Shown here piece after piece: positions 45,754 to 55,132 of a stretch of DNA of 64,000 bases. A program made the position numbers and the translations under genes. Within the stretch, counting starts at the first letter, position 1. The number at the start of each line of letters is the position of its first letter. This DNA comes from Anaerolineae bacterium (GTDB lineage: Bacteria > Chloroflexota > Anaerolineae > 4572-78 > NAK82): positions 9,173 through 73,172 of the forward strand of contig DAOTVI010000067.1 in assembly GCA_034436775.1 (NCBI GenBank), in the 5' to 3' direction. The notes under the pieces were generated by a model, which saw nothing but the letters and a program-made list of their open reading frames with translations, was not told where the DNA came from and did no database searches.

Positions 45754-46848
45754 ATGCAACATTGTGTGCCATCTGATCCGAATCGCGTCCGTCGCCCCAT
45801 CCCAGGGGGCATCTTCCGACAGGCGCTGGCGCTGGTGCTGACATTTCTGGGCCTGCTGAGCGGTTGGAGCGGGACTGTGGTTTCGCGTGCCGCCGAGGCG
45901 GTGCCCGTCGCTGCGTCGCCATCCTCCACACCCAGCCCGCAAGCGATGGAGACGCCGGAGCCTTTCATGCCTGTCATCGAGGAATTCCGTTGTGACCCGT
46001 GTGTCATCGATCCGGGCGGGTCGGCCACGCTGCACTGGGACGTGCGCGGCGCGCGCTGGGTCACCCTGGACGGGCGCGGGGTCGCGGCGCCGGGCTCGCT
46101 GCAGGTGCGCCCCGATCAGACGACCACCTATCGCCTGGTGGCGGCCAATCCGAACGGGCGCAGCGAAAAAGCGGTCACCATCGAAGTACGTGGCCTGCCG
46201 GTGATTCACCACTTCAGCTGTTCGCCGTGCCAGGTGCGCGCCGGCGAGCCGGCCACGCTCAGCTGGGATTTGAGCGGCGGCGTGGCGGCCTATCTGGACG
46301 GCCAGGGGGTCACGGCGCCCGGCAGCACCGTGGTCTATCCGCAAAAGACCACCACCTATCGCCTGGAAGCGGTGGGCGAACGGGGCAGCGTCGAACGATT
46401 GGTGACGGTGACCGTCCTGGAGGGGGTGCGGCCCGAGGCCATCCGCCTGGCTTTGCAGCAACTGGGTTACCACGTGCAGGCCGTGCAGTTGCATCCGCTG
46501 GCCAGCGGCGGGCGCTCATGGACGGTGGTGATGACGGCGGCGTGCCCCCATGCCCAGGGATGTGAACAGGCTATAGCCAATCAGTTCTACTGGGGTCTCA
46601 AGGTGCTCTACGACAGCGGCGCGAGCGAGCCGCTCACGGTCGGCCTGTTCGACGGCATGCGCTATACCACCTTCCTGACCGTGACGCCGGCGACACTCGA
46701 GGCATTTCTGCGCGGCGAGAGCGACGGGCACACGCTCTGGCGCTCCGGGCGCTGGAACGTCTGGGATGACTGGAGCGGCCGCTGGCAGAGCCTGGAACAC
46801 CCCGCTTTCACGGCGAAGCGCTTCACCACACCGCGCTTTGTGTATTAG
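45754..46848 (+). CDS. Secreted protein with two tandem Ig-like 73-aa repeats plus a C-terminal domain, hypothetical
   Basis: Signal peptide (ALALVLTFLGLLSGWSG). Repeat 1 (45970-46188) PVIEEFRCDPCVIDPGGSATLHWD...TTTYRLVA and repeat 2 (46198-46416) PVIHHFSCSPCQVRAGEPATLSWD...TTTYRLEA. Confidence 0.65.
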   Translation: MQHCVPSDPNRVRRPIPGGIFRQALALVLTFLGLLSGWSGTVVSRAAEAVPVAASPSSTPSPQAMETPEPFMPVIEEFRCDPCVIDPGGSATLHWDVRGARWVTLDGRGVAAPGSLQVRPDQTTTYRLVAANPNGRSEKAVTIEVRGLPVIHHFSCSPCQVRAGEPATLSWDLSGGVAAYLDGQGVTAPGSTVVYPQKTTTYRLEAVGERGSVERLVTVTVLEGVRPEAIRLALQQLGYHVQAVQLHPLASGGRSWTVVMTAACPHAQGCEQAIANQFYWGLKVLYDSGASEPLTVGLFDGMRYTTFLTVTPATLEAFLRGESDGHTLWRSGRWNVWDDWSGRWQSLEHPAFTAKRFTTPRFVY

Positions 46849-48170
46849 CTGCACCCGACGTCGGGGAGGATCGCGTAGATATGGGGCGCCGGTGGCGGCG
46901 GGGAATCGCTCCAGCGCCACGCGTCGCGCAGCATCTCCCGCGCGGTGGCCAGCCGATCTGCGCGATTGGCATACAACGTGAGCAGCGGCTCGCCCTGCGC
47001 CACCGCGTCGCCGACTTTCTTGTGCAGCATGATGCCCACGGCGTGATCAATCGGGTCGCCCTTCTTCTCGCGGCCCGCGCCCAGCACCACGCTCGCCTGG
47101 CCGATCAGCTGGGCATCGAGGGCGGTGATATAGCCGGCGCGCGGGGCGGGCATCACTTCCACCAGGGCTGCTTGCGGCAGCCGCTCGGGATGCTCGAGCA
47201 CGTCTGCGTCACCCCCCTGGGCGGTGATCCACGTGACAAACTGGCGCCAGGCGGCGCCGCTCTCCAGATGGCGCGTCAGGAGCGCCCGTCCCTCGGCCAG
47301 CTGGGCGACGCGCCCCGCCAGGACGAGCATCAGCGCCCCAATGGTCAGACAATGGTCGCGCACATCGCTCGGACCTTCACCTCGGAGCACGCGGATCGCT
47401 TCGTGCACTTCAAGGGCATTGCCGACCGCCTGGCCGAGTGGCTGGTCCATGGCAGCGAGGACGGCGGCCACGCGGCGACCGGCCGCTTCTCCGATGGCGA
47501 TCATCAGCCGGGCCAGCTCGCGCGCCGCCTCCAGCGTCTTCATAAAGGCGCCGCGGCCCACCTTGACGTCCAGGACGATGCCGGTGGCGCCGGCGGCGAT
47601 CTTCTTGCTCATGATGCTGCTGGCGATGAGGGGGATGCTCTCCACCGTGGCGGTCACATCGCGCAGCGCGTAGAACTTGCCATCGGCAGGCGCCAGCTCG
47701 GCGGACTGCGCGGCGACGACGATGCCGTGTTCCCCCAATTGTCGGATGAACTCCGCGTGGCTGAGCTCTACCCGATAGCCGGGGATGCTCTCCAGCTTGT
47801 CAACGGTGCCGCCCGAGTAGCCCAGCCCGCGACCGCTCATTTTGCCCACCGGCACGCCGGCGCTGGCCACCAGAGGTGCCACCACCAGGGTGGTCTTGTC
47901 TCCCACGCCGCCGGTGGAGTGCTTGTCCATCACCCATTCGGCCACCGTGCGCAGGTCGAGCACTATGCCCGAACGGGCCATCGCGAACGTCAGGTCGGTG
48001 ACTTCGCGCGCGCTCATGCCGCGCAACAGCACCGCCATGCACCAGGCCGCCGCCTGGTAATCCGGGATGCGCCCCTCGGTGTAACCCTGGACAAAGAACT
48101 CGATCTCGGCCTTGGACAGCTCGAGCCCATCACGCTTCTTGGCGATGATGTCCACCGCACGCAACGTCAT
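46845..48170 (-). CDS. pdp: Pyrimidine-nucleoside (thymidine) phosphorylase
   Basis: MTLRAVDIIAKKRDG start, KHSTGGVGDKT, SGRGLGYSGGT, and a C-terminal alpha/beta domain. Start moved to ATG 48170 (441 aa). The stop codon overlaps the convergent gene's stop. Confidence 0.9.
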   Translation of the reverse strand: MTLRAVDIIAKKRDGLELSKAEIEFFVQGYTEGRIPDYQAAAWCMAVLLRGMSAREVTDLTFAMARSGIVLDLRTVAEWVMDKHSTGGVGDKTTLVVAPLVASAGVPVGKMSGRGLGYSGGTVDKLESIPGYRVELSHAEFIRQLGEHGIVVAAQSAELAPADGKFYALRDVTATVESIPLIASSIMSKKIAAGATGIVLDVKVGRGAFMKTLEAARELARLMIAIGEAAGRRVAAVLAAMDQPLGQAVGNALEVHEAIRVLRGEGPSDVRDHCLTIGALMLVLAGRVAQLAEGRALLTRHLESGAAWRQFVTWITAQGGDADVLEHPERLPQAALVEVMPAPRAGYITALDAQLIGQASVVLGAGREKKGDPIDHAVGIMLHKKVGDAVAQGEPLLTLYANRADRLATAREMLRDAWRWSDSPPPPAPHIYAILPDVGCS

Positions 48171-48278
48171 GGCGGCATGATGCTCCATCCCGATGAAGAC
48201 CGAAAGTGATGATGCAGACTCCAGGCCGATTATACCCCGATCGCCGCCGATTGTCATCTGGACAGGTGAGGGAGGTGT

Positions 48279-48760
48279 ATTTCAAATCAAAGGCGAGTTG
48301 AAATAGCCCCCACCCCCGCCCTCCCCGTGGACGTGGAGGGAGATGCCCCCACCCTGGCCCTCCACGTGGACGGGACGGGAGACAAAAACCCCCTCGCCCG
48401 CCGCGCCGGGAGAGGGGGTTGGGGGATATGGAGGGGCGAAAAATCTTTCGCCCCTCCCCGTAATGCCCCGAAGGACTTTCGCATCCAAGGTGCACGCCAG
48501 TTTGAACGCAGAGGTGGAGATGAGAATGGATACATCGTAATGCCCCGAAGGGCTTTCGCACTATTCTAACACTGGTTACGAGGATTGGCAAGAAACGGGC
48601 TTTTGGGGGTGCATTTCAGCTTGGGGGCACGTTGAAATAGCCCCCATCCCTGGCCCTGCCCATCCACGGGGCGGGAGATATGGAAGGGCGAAAAATCTTT
48701 CGCCCCTCCCCTGCGCCCGCCGCCGCGGGAGAGGGGGGCGGGGGTAGGGGAGATGCAGCT
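48279..48760. repeat. Cluster of modular GC-rich hairpin repeats (REP/MITE-like)
   Basis: GTTGAAATAGCCCCCA occurs at 48297 and 48631. A 33-mer, TATGGA(G/A)GGGCGAAAAATCTTTCGCCCCTCCCC, occurs at 48427-48459 and 48679-48711 and contains a 9-bp hairpin. A 24-mer, GTAATGCCCCGAAGG(A/G)CTTTCGCA, occurs at 48460 and 48537. CGCCCGCCGCGCCGGGAGAGGGGG-type modules occur at 48389-48425 and 48707-48745. Confidence 0.8.
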
Positions 48761-48884
48761 CGCTTGCCGACGCGCGCAGCCCGGTTTGACCCCCCATCCC
48801 CAACATGCAACACGCCCTGACCCCCGCGGCAGAATGCCACCCCGGCGGTAGAAGTTGACGATTTACATCAACCAATGATCCCGT

Positions 48885-48913
48885 TTGACTCTGGCGTGCC
48901 GATGTAGTATATT
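48885..48913 (+). promoter_or_regulatory. Sigma-70-like promoter for the URO-D-like/sugar ABC operon
   Basis: TTGACT (48885-48890), a 17-nt spacer, then TATATT (48908-48913). It lies about 78 nt upstream of ATG 48991. Confidence 0.45.
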
Positions 48914-48990
48914 ATCCCCAGGTATCCCGCCCTTTTCAGGGCATCCATCAGTTTCCAGCAAAAGCAGCCAAAGAAGGAAAGGTTTCGACG

Positions 48991-50262
48991 ATGATCACTT
49001 CTCGAGAACGCGTCCGTATGGCGCTCGAGCATCGTGAGCCCGACCGGGTGCCGCTCGATTTGGGAAGCACGCCGGTCACGGGCATGCACGTGAGCGCCGT
49101 CTACCGCTTGCGTCAGGCACTGGGTCTGGATGCGCCGGGCACGCCGGTCAAAGTGATCGAACCCTTTCAGATGTTGGGTGAGATCAAGCCGGACCTGATC
49201 GAAGCGCTCGGTGTGGATGCCGTCCCGCTGACCAGCCCCAAGACTTTCTTTGGTTTCCGCAACGAAAACTGGAAACCCTGGACCACCTTCGACGGCACAC
49301 CTGTGCTGGTGCCCGAGGGGTTCAACACCGATCCGGAGCCCAACGGGGACATCCTGCTGTATCCCGAAGGCGATAAATCCGCTCCCCCCAGTGGCCGTAT
49401 GCCGCGCGGCGGCTGGTACTTCGACGCCATCATCCGCCAACCCCCGATTGATGAATCCAAACTGAACGTGGAAGACAATTTGGAAGAGTTCGGGCCGATC
49501 TCGGAGGAAGATCTGGCCTATTTCGCGGCCGAGGCCGATCGGCTGTATCGGGAGACCGACAAAGCCATCGTGGCCAATTTTGGCGGCACCAGTTTCGGAG
49601 ACATCGCCCTGGTGCCGGCGCCCTGGCTGAAACATCCGCGCGGCATTCGCGACGTCGAAGAGTGGTACATCAGCACGGTCACCCGTCGGGATTATGTCTA
49701 CCGCGTGTTCGAGCGCCAGTGCGAGATCGGATTGGCCAACCTGGAGCGCCTGCATCAGGTCGTCGGCGACAAGGTGTCGGTCATCTTCGTGACCGGCACC
49801 GACTTCGGGGCACAAAACGGCCCGTTTATCTCCCCGCAAGTGTACCGCGAGCTGTACGCGCCCTTCCACCGTCAGGTCAACGATTGGGTACACCGCAACA
49901 CCTCGTGGAAGACTTTCATCCATTCGTGTGGTGCCGTCGAACCGCTGATCGAGGACTTCATCGCCGTCGGATTCGACATCCTGAACCCCGTACAAACCTC
50001 CGCAGCCGGCATGGTGCCGAGCGTGCTCAAACAACGCTATGGCGACCGCATCGCCTTCTGGGGCGGCGGCGTGGACACCCAACGCACGCTCCCCTTCGGC
50101 ACTCCGGATGAGGTGCGGGAACAGGTGCGTGAGCGCATTCGCATCTTCGGCAAGGGCGGCGGCTTCGTGTTCAACACGGTGCACAACGTGCAGGGCAATG
50201 TCCCGGTCGAGAATCTGCTCGCCATGTACGAGGCCGTGCGCGAATACGGTGTCTACGCATGA
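48991..50262 (+). CDS. Uroporphyrinogen decarboxylase (URO-D) family protein, non-heme-pathway type
   Basis: 423 aa. N-terminus ERVRMALEHREPDRVPLD and a C-terminal TIM-barrel region (HSCGAVEPLIEDFIAVGFDILNPVQ) are typical of URO-D/MtaA-like proteins found in sugar clusters. Confidence 0.75.
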   Translation: MITSRERVRMALEHREPDRVPLDLGSTPVTGMHVSAVYRLRQALGLDAPGTPVKVIEPFQMLGEIKPDLIEALGVDAVPLTSPKTFFGFRNENWKPWTTFDGTPVLVPEGFNTDPEPNGDILLYPEGDKSAPPSGRMPRGGWYFDAIIRQPPIDESKLNVEDNLEEFGPISEEDLAYFAAEADRLYRETDKAIVANFGGTSFGDIALVPAPWLKHPRGIRDVEEWYISTVTRRDYVYRVFERQCEIGLANLERLHQVVGDKVSVIFVTGTDFGAQNGPFISPQVYRELYAPFHRQVNDWVHRNTSWKTFIHSCGAVEPLIEDFIAVGFDILNPVQTSAAGMVPSVLKQRYGDRIAFWGGGVDTQRTLPFGTPDEVREQVRERIRIFGKGGGFVFNTVHNVQGNVPVENLLAMYEAVREYGVYA

Positions 50263-50434
50263 CCCCACCTGTCCCCTCCTCTGCCGCAGCCGGATGATTC
50301 AGGGTGTAGTCGGAACGCGAAAGGAGGTGGTCATCCAGCGACGCTGATCGGTTCGAAAGACGTCCATCTGAGTATCCTGAGAGAAGTGGACCAATCTGTA
50401 AGAAGCTGATCAATCGGTAAAAGGAGGGTTTGCA

Positions 50435-51463
50435 ATGAACCGCAGGGATTTGCTCAAATTGATGGCAGCCGGTGCCGGGGCAGCTGCATTTGCACCGATG
50501 TTTGCCGGCATGCCCTCTCCGGCCTTCGCACAGCGCAAGAAGCGCAAGGTGATTTTCGTCACCCATGACCTCAACCCCTTCTTCGTCCCCGCGATTGTCG
50601 GTTTGAAGGACTTCGGGGCCTTGGCCGGCTGGGACACCGAGTTCATCGGGCCGCCGGTGCACGACACCCAAAAGACGGTCGAGTTGCAATACAATGCCAT
50701 TGCTGCCAAGCCGGATGCCGTCGGCTTCACCGCCGTGGACAGCGAGGCCTTCATTGACCCGATCAAGGCAGCTCAGGAAGCGGGCATTTTTGTCGTGCTG
50801 TACAACACCCGCGCTCCGGGCGTGAAGGAGGCCACCGGCTGCGCCTATGTCGGCCAGGACTTTATCGTGGCGGGCAACGTCGCCGGCTATGAAATCTGCA
50901 AATACATCACCAAGAAGACCGGCCGCAAAGAGGGCAAAATCATCATGCCCATCATCGCACCCGGCCACTTCGCCCTTGAGACGCGCAATCTCGGTGGCAC
51001 CCAGGGTGTCGAGCGCTACAACAAGGAATTCGGCACCAACTTCACCACCGAGCCGCTGGCCGTCACCACCAACGAGGCGGAGGCGGTCGCCAGGTTCGAG
51101 GCCAAGTGGGCCGCCGAGGGCGATCAGATCGTCGGCTGGCTGGCCTCTGACTTCACCCATGGCTTCGTCGGGCATATGGCCGTGGACAAGGGCCTGGTGG
51201 GCAAGTTCGCCGTCGGTGGCTACGACCTGGTGGACTTCGTCCTGGAGGGCATCAAGAACGGCTCGGTGGACTTCACGATCGGGCAGAACCCCTATGCCCA
51301 GGGCTTCCTGACCTCGGCGCTGATCTATCAGGGACTCGAGGTCGGCTATCCCGCCAGCGACATTGACACCGGCGCCGAGCTGGTGGACGCCACCAACATT
51401 GACAAAGTGATGGCGCGTGAGCAGCTCTGGAAAGAGAAGGCCAAGGAGTTCGGCCTCGGCTGA
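50435..51463 (+). CDS. Sugar ABC transporter substrate-binding protein (PBP1/RbsB-FrcB-like) with a Tat-type signal
   Basis: MNRRDLLKLMAAGAGAAAFAPMFAG (RR motif plus an h-region), a periplasmic-binding-protein type I fold, and an AAGGAGGG RBS. Confidence 0.85.
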   Translation: MNRRDLLKLMAAGAGAAAFAPMFAGMPSPAFAQRKKRKVIFVTHDLNPFFVPAIVGLKDFGALAGWDTEFIGPPVHDTQKTVELQYNAIAAKPDAVGFTAVDSEAFIDPIKAAQEAGIFVVLYNTRAPGVKEATGCAYVGQDFIVAGNVAGYEICKYITKKTGRKEGKIIMPIIAPGHFALETRNLGGTQGVERYNKEFGTNFTTEPLAVTTNEAEAVARFEAKWAAEGDQIVGWLASDFTHGFVGHMAVDKGLVGKFAVGGYDLVDFVLEGIKNGSVDFTIGQNPYAQGFLTSALIYQGLEVGYPASDIDTGAELVDATNIDKVMAREQLWKEKAKEFGLG

Positions 51464-51487
51464 TAGGTAGCGAGACCCTGCCGACGA

Positions 51488-51534
51488 CCCCCTTCCCCTG
51501 GGAAGTTCGGAAAGGGGAAGGGGGTTCTGCTTTG
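51488..51534 (+). terminator. Rho-independent terminator/attenuator after the SBP gene
   Basis: CCCCCTTCCCCT / AGGGGAAGGGGG form a perfect 12-bp stem with a 13-nt loop, followed by TTCTGCTTTG. Confidence 0.55.
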
Positions 51535-51576
51535 CAGACGACAAGGTCTCGACGGAACTGTGAGGGTGCATAAACA

Positions 51577-52371
51577 ATGGAACGTTCAGAAATCCTTTCT
51601 ACGGTAACGGAAACGACCACCCCTGGGACGACCGGTGTAATCCCCCTCGTGGAGCTGCGCGGCATCAGCAAGGCATTCGGCCACGTGCAGGCCCTGCAGC
51701 GGGTGGACTTCTGCGTCTTTCCCGGTGAGGTGGTGGGGCTGGTCGGCGACAACGGCGCAGGCAAGTCCACCCTGATCAAAATTATCTCCGGGGCGTACCA
51801 GCCGGACAGCGGCACGATCCTGATCGACGGCCGGCCTGTCACCTTTCACAGCCCCCGCGATGCGATGATGATGGGCATTGCCACCGTCTATCAGAACTTG
51901 GCGCTGGTGGATCAGCGTGACGTCGCCGCCAACATCTTCCTGGGGCGCGAACCGAGCAAGGGGATCGTCATTGACCGACGTCGTATGGTGGAAGAATCGG
52001 TGCAGGTGCTCCAGCAGCTGCGCAGCGACATCCCATCCGTTGACGTGCCGGTGGGTTTGCTGTCAGGTGGTCAGCGCCAGGCGGTGGCCATTGCCCGTGC
52101 TGTGCACCAGGCTGCCGCGCGGTTGGTCATCATGGATGAGCCCGTGGCCGCGCTGGGCATCGAGGAATCCCGCAAAGTGTTGCGCCTGATCAAACAGCTG
52201 AAGGCGCAAGGACGGGCTGTCATTGTCATCAGCCACAACCTGGAACATGTATTCTCCGTGGCGGACCGCATCGTCGTGTTGCGCCGCGGGCGACTGGCAG
52301 GGGTGCGTCGTCGCGAAGACACCAATGCGGCCGAAATCGTCCGGCTCATCGTCGGCGCGGAACATCTCTAA
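51577..52371 (+). CDS. Sugar ABC transporter ATP-binding protein (single NBD, FrcA-like)
   Basis: Walker A GDNGAGKST, signature LSGGQRQAVAIARA, Walker B LVIMDEPVAALG. 264 aa. Confidence 0.9.
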   Translation: MERSEILSTVTETTTPGTTGVIPLVELRGISKAFGHVQALQRVDFCVFPGEVVGLVGDNGAGKSTLIKIISGAYQPDSGTILIDGRPVTFHSPRDAMMMGIATVYQNLALVDQRDVAANIFLGREPSKGIVIDRRRMVEESVQVLQQLRSDIPSVDVPVGLLSGGQRQAVAIARAVHQAAARLVIMDEPVAALGIEESRKVLRLIKQLKAQGRAVIVISHNLEHVFSVADRIVVLRRGRLAGVRRREDTNAAEIVRLIVGAEHL

Positions 52372-52402
52372 ACCGGAAAAGGAAAGGAGCGCTGCGAGAT
52401 TT

Positions 52403-53500
52403 ATGGAACAGGATTTGCGATCGCAAAACGTGCTGTCCGAAGCACCGGGATGCGGCACCAATAGCGTGGACGCCATTCTCGATGAGCTGGAGAGCGCCGG
52501 TGCTCCGGAGTTGCTGACCCGTGCCGGACCGAGGGGCTTGCGCGGTTCCTTGCAAGCTTTGCTGCGGATGCGCGAGTTCAGCGTATTGAGTGCCACTATC
52601 CTGCTGTTCATCGCGCTTTCTCTGGCGACCCCCCTCTTCCCCCAGCTGGATAATATCTTGCTGGTGGCGCGCCAGATTTCCATCCTGGCCATCATCGCCA
52701 CCGGTGTGACCTTTCTGTTCATTTCGGGCGAAATTGACCTGTCCATCGGTTCCATCTATGGGTTCTTGGGCATTGTACTGGCTTCGCTCATTGCCAAGTT
52801 TGGGTTTGACCCGTGGCTGGCGCTCCTCGTCGTGGTGATCATGGGGGCGGCGATCGGCCTCGTCAACGGCACGGTGACCACGCGCTTTGGCATCCCCTCG
52901 TTCATTGTCACCCTGGGTATGTTGAGCATCCTGCGCGGCGGTGCGCTGCTCGCTAGCGGCGGCTGGCCGGTGATGATCAAGCTGCCCCGCGATGACCCGT
53001 TTTTGAACATCACCTCTGGCCACGTCGGCGGCCTGGTGCCCACTCAGGTGTTCTGGATGATCGGGATCATGGCGATCGGCGGTTTTGTCTTGAGCAAAAC
53101 GCGTTTTGGCGCGCACGTGTATGCCACCGGGGGCAACCAGGAAGCGGCCATCCTAGCCGGTATCAACACCAAATGGGTCAAGACGATTAACTTCATGATC
53201 ACCGGTGCATTGTGCGGCATTGCCGCCGCTTTGCTCCTGGGGCAGCATCGCAACGCATTCCCGTTGACGGGCACCGGCTATGAGCTGGACATCATCGCCG
53301 CGGTGGTGATCGGTGGCACGCCGCTCTTCGGTGGTGCGGGCAGCATCCTGGGCACCTTCCTCGGCGCCGCCGTGCTGGGCATGATCACCAACGGCCTGGT
53401 GCTCTTGGGGGCAAGCGCCTACTTCGAGCCGGTGGCGAAAGGCTCCATCATCGTGGCAGCCATCCTGGTGGACACTATGATCCGCAAACGACGCGTGTGA
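52403..53500 (+). CDS. Sugar ABC transporter permease (RbsC/FrcC-like)
   Basis: About 10 TM helices with the family-typical GEIDLSIGS and GGxxxxGGxGS (GGTPLFGGAGSILG) motifs. Start moved to ATG 52403, after the ATPase stop. Confidence 0.85.
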   Translation: MEQDLRSQNVLSEAPGCGTNSVDAILDELESAGAPELLTRAGPRGLRGSLQALLRMREFSVLSATILLFIALSLATPLFPQLDNILLVARQISILAIIATGVTFLFISGEIDLSIGSIYGFLGIVLASLIAKFGFDPWLALLVVVIMGAAIGLVNGTVTTRFGIPSFIVTLGMLSILRGGALLASGGWPVMIKLPRDDPFLNITSGHVGGLVPTQVFWMIGIMAIGGFVLSKTRFGAHVYATGGNQEAAILAGINTKWVKTINFMITGALCGIAAALLLGQHRNAFPLTGTGYELDIIAAVVIGGTPLFGGAGSILGTFLGAAVLGMITNGLVLLGASAYFEPVAKGSIIVAAILVDTMIRKRRV

Positions 53501-53529
53501 AACATTCCCCTCCAGAACGCGGATGACCG

Positions 53530-53979
53530 ATGTATCCCGAAGATCGGGTCCTGATCGCGGTGGTGCCCCATCCGCGCGATTGGGAAATCGTACAGTCTGA
53601 GCGGTGGTATCGGGTGCCGGTCAAATATGCGCCGCCCGGCACCCCCGATTTTGACTGGCTGGCATTTTATTTCACCCGCGCCTTTGGGGAAGACCGCTGG
53701 GCGATCCACTACTATTGTGCGGTCCTCGGCCACGAGCTGGTCACACGCCGTGACTTGATCCCCTCCGAACCCGACCATCCCCGTGCCTGCGATTGGTATT
53801 ACAAGCTGCAGCTGGGGCCATTGCAACACAAAATACCGCCCATCGTCAGCCCGCGCTGGCGTCGCATCACGTTCATCGTCACCACCGGCGACCGGTTTAT
53901 GCACGCCACCGCGGTCACGGAGCTGTTCGATCCGGCCAGCCCCTGGGGGAGGCGATTCGTCGCGTTAAAGGAGATATAG
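53530..53979 (+). CDS. Hypothetical cytoplasmic protein (149 aa)
   Basis: Clean ORF with genome-typical codon bias. I recognise no motif (WYRVPVKYAP, DWYYKLQLGPLQH). Confidence 0.55.
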   Translation: MYPEDRVLIAVVPHPRDWEIVQSERWYRVPVKYAPPGTPDFDWLAFYFTRAFGEDRWAIHYYCAVLGHELVTRRDLIPSEPDHPRACDWYYKLQLGPLQHKIPPIVSPRWRRITFIVTTGDRFMHATAVTELFDPASPWGRRFVALKEI

Positions 53980-54060
53980 GATTCACCCGCAACCGGCCCA
54001 TCCCGACGGTGGGCTTGTGCATGGGAGGAGAGGCAGGGTCACACCGCGCCCATACACCCT

Positions 54061-55089
54061 TTAGCGGACGCGCAACACCTTGGCGCCACGCACCCCTTTG
54101 GTCTTGATGTCCACCAGGGCACGATTGGCTTCGGCAAAGGGATACTCCTGAACCTCCGGTTTGAGCCCCATCTCCGCGGCCAGGGTCAGGAATTCGCGTA
54201 TGTCCTGTCGCGTCACATTCGCGACACTCTTGATCTCCTTCTCCATCCACAGATGGGTGGGATAGTCCAGGCGCAGCCAATAATCCTTGTCGCGATCCTC
54301 CTTGCGGATGGCGTTGATCACCAGGCGACCTCCTGGCGCCAGGTTCTTCAGCGCCTCCACGACCGGCCGCCACACCGGTGTCGTGTCAATGATGGCGTGC
54401 AATGGCGCCGGGGCAATATCGCCGATGTCGCCCGCCCAGACGGCGCCCAGTTCCAGGGCAAAGGCGCGCTCATTTTGGGCGCGGGCGAAGACGTAAACGG
54501 AGGTGTTCGGATATCTGTGCCGCACCATCTTGAGCACCTGGTGTCCTGAGGCGCCGAACCCGACCAACCCCAGGTTCTGGCCGTCTTGCAAGTTACACAG
54601 ACGCAGCGAGCGATAGCCGATCGCGCCGCCACACAACAAGGGGGCTGCCTCGGTGTCCGAGAACACCTCCGGGATGGGATGGACGAATGCCTCCAGCGCC
54701 ACCATGTACTCCGCATATCCGCCGTGGACGTCCCGGCCGGTTGCCTTGAAGTCGGGGCACAGGTTTTCATTGCCGCCGCGGCAGAATGCGCAATGGCCAC
54801 ACGCGGAATAGATCCACGCCACCCCAACCCGCTCTCCCTCGGAGAACCGACCGGTATCCGGCCCTTTCGCCACGATCTGGCCGACCACCTGATGGCCCGG
54901 CACAACCGGCAGGTGCGGCGGAGGTGTACGGCCCTCGATCTCATCCAGTTCCGTGTGGCACACCCCACATGTGGAGACACGCAGCAAGACCTCACCCACG
55001 CCCGGTGTGGGAGTGGGCAGGTCCACCATACGCAGCGGGGTGCTTCCCTCAGCCACCGGAGAAATCCGTTCCAAAACCCAGGCCTTCAT
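54061..55089 (-). CDS. Zinc-dependent alcohol dehydrogenase (MDR family)
   Basis: Catalytic zinc GVCHTE and structural zinc CGHCAFCRGGNENLC. Rossmann motif GLVGFGASGH. Confidence 0.9.
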   Translation of the reverse strand: MKAWVLERISPVAEGSTPLRMVDLPTPTPGVGEVLLRVSTCGVCHTELDEIEGRTPPPHLPVVPGHQVVGQIVAKGPDTGRFSEGERVGVAWIYSACGHCAFCRGGNENLCPDFKATGRDVHGGYAEYMVALEAFVHPIPEVFSDTEAAPLLCGGAIGYRSLRLCNLQDGQNLGLVGFGASGHQVLKMVRHRYPNTSVYVFARAQNERAFALELGAVWAGDIGDIAPAPLHAIIDTTPVWRPVVEALKNLAPGGRLVINAIRKEDRDKDYWLRLDYPTHLWMEKEIKSVANVTRQDIREFLTLAAEMGLKPEVQEYPFAEANRALVDIKTKGVRGAKVLRVR

Positions 55090-55132
55090 CGCAGTATCCT
55101 CTCCATACAGATGATCAGGTCCAAAAAGAAGG

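Noticed and set aside
46845-46848. Overlapping convergent stop codons of the Ig-repeat gene and pdp, with no terminator between them
   Set aside because: Noted as a curiosity only. Convergent overlaps of a few nucleotides are common in compact genomes and imply nothing specific here.
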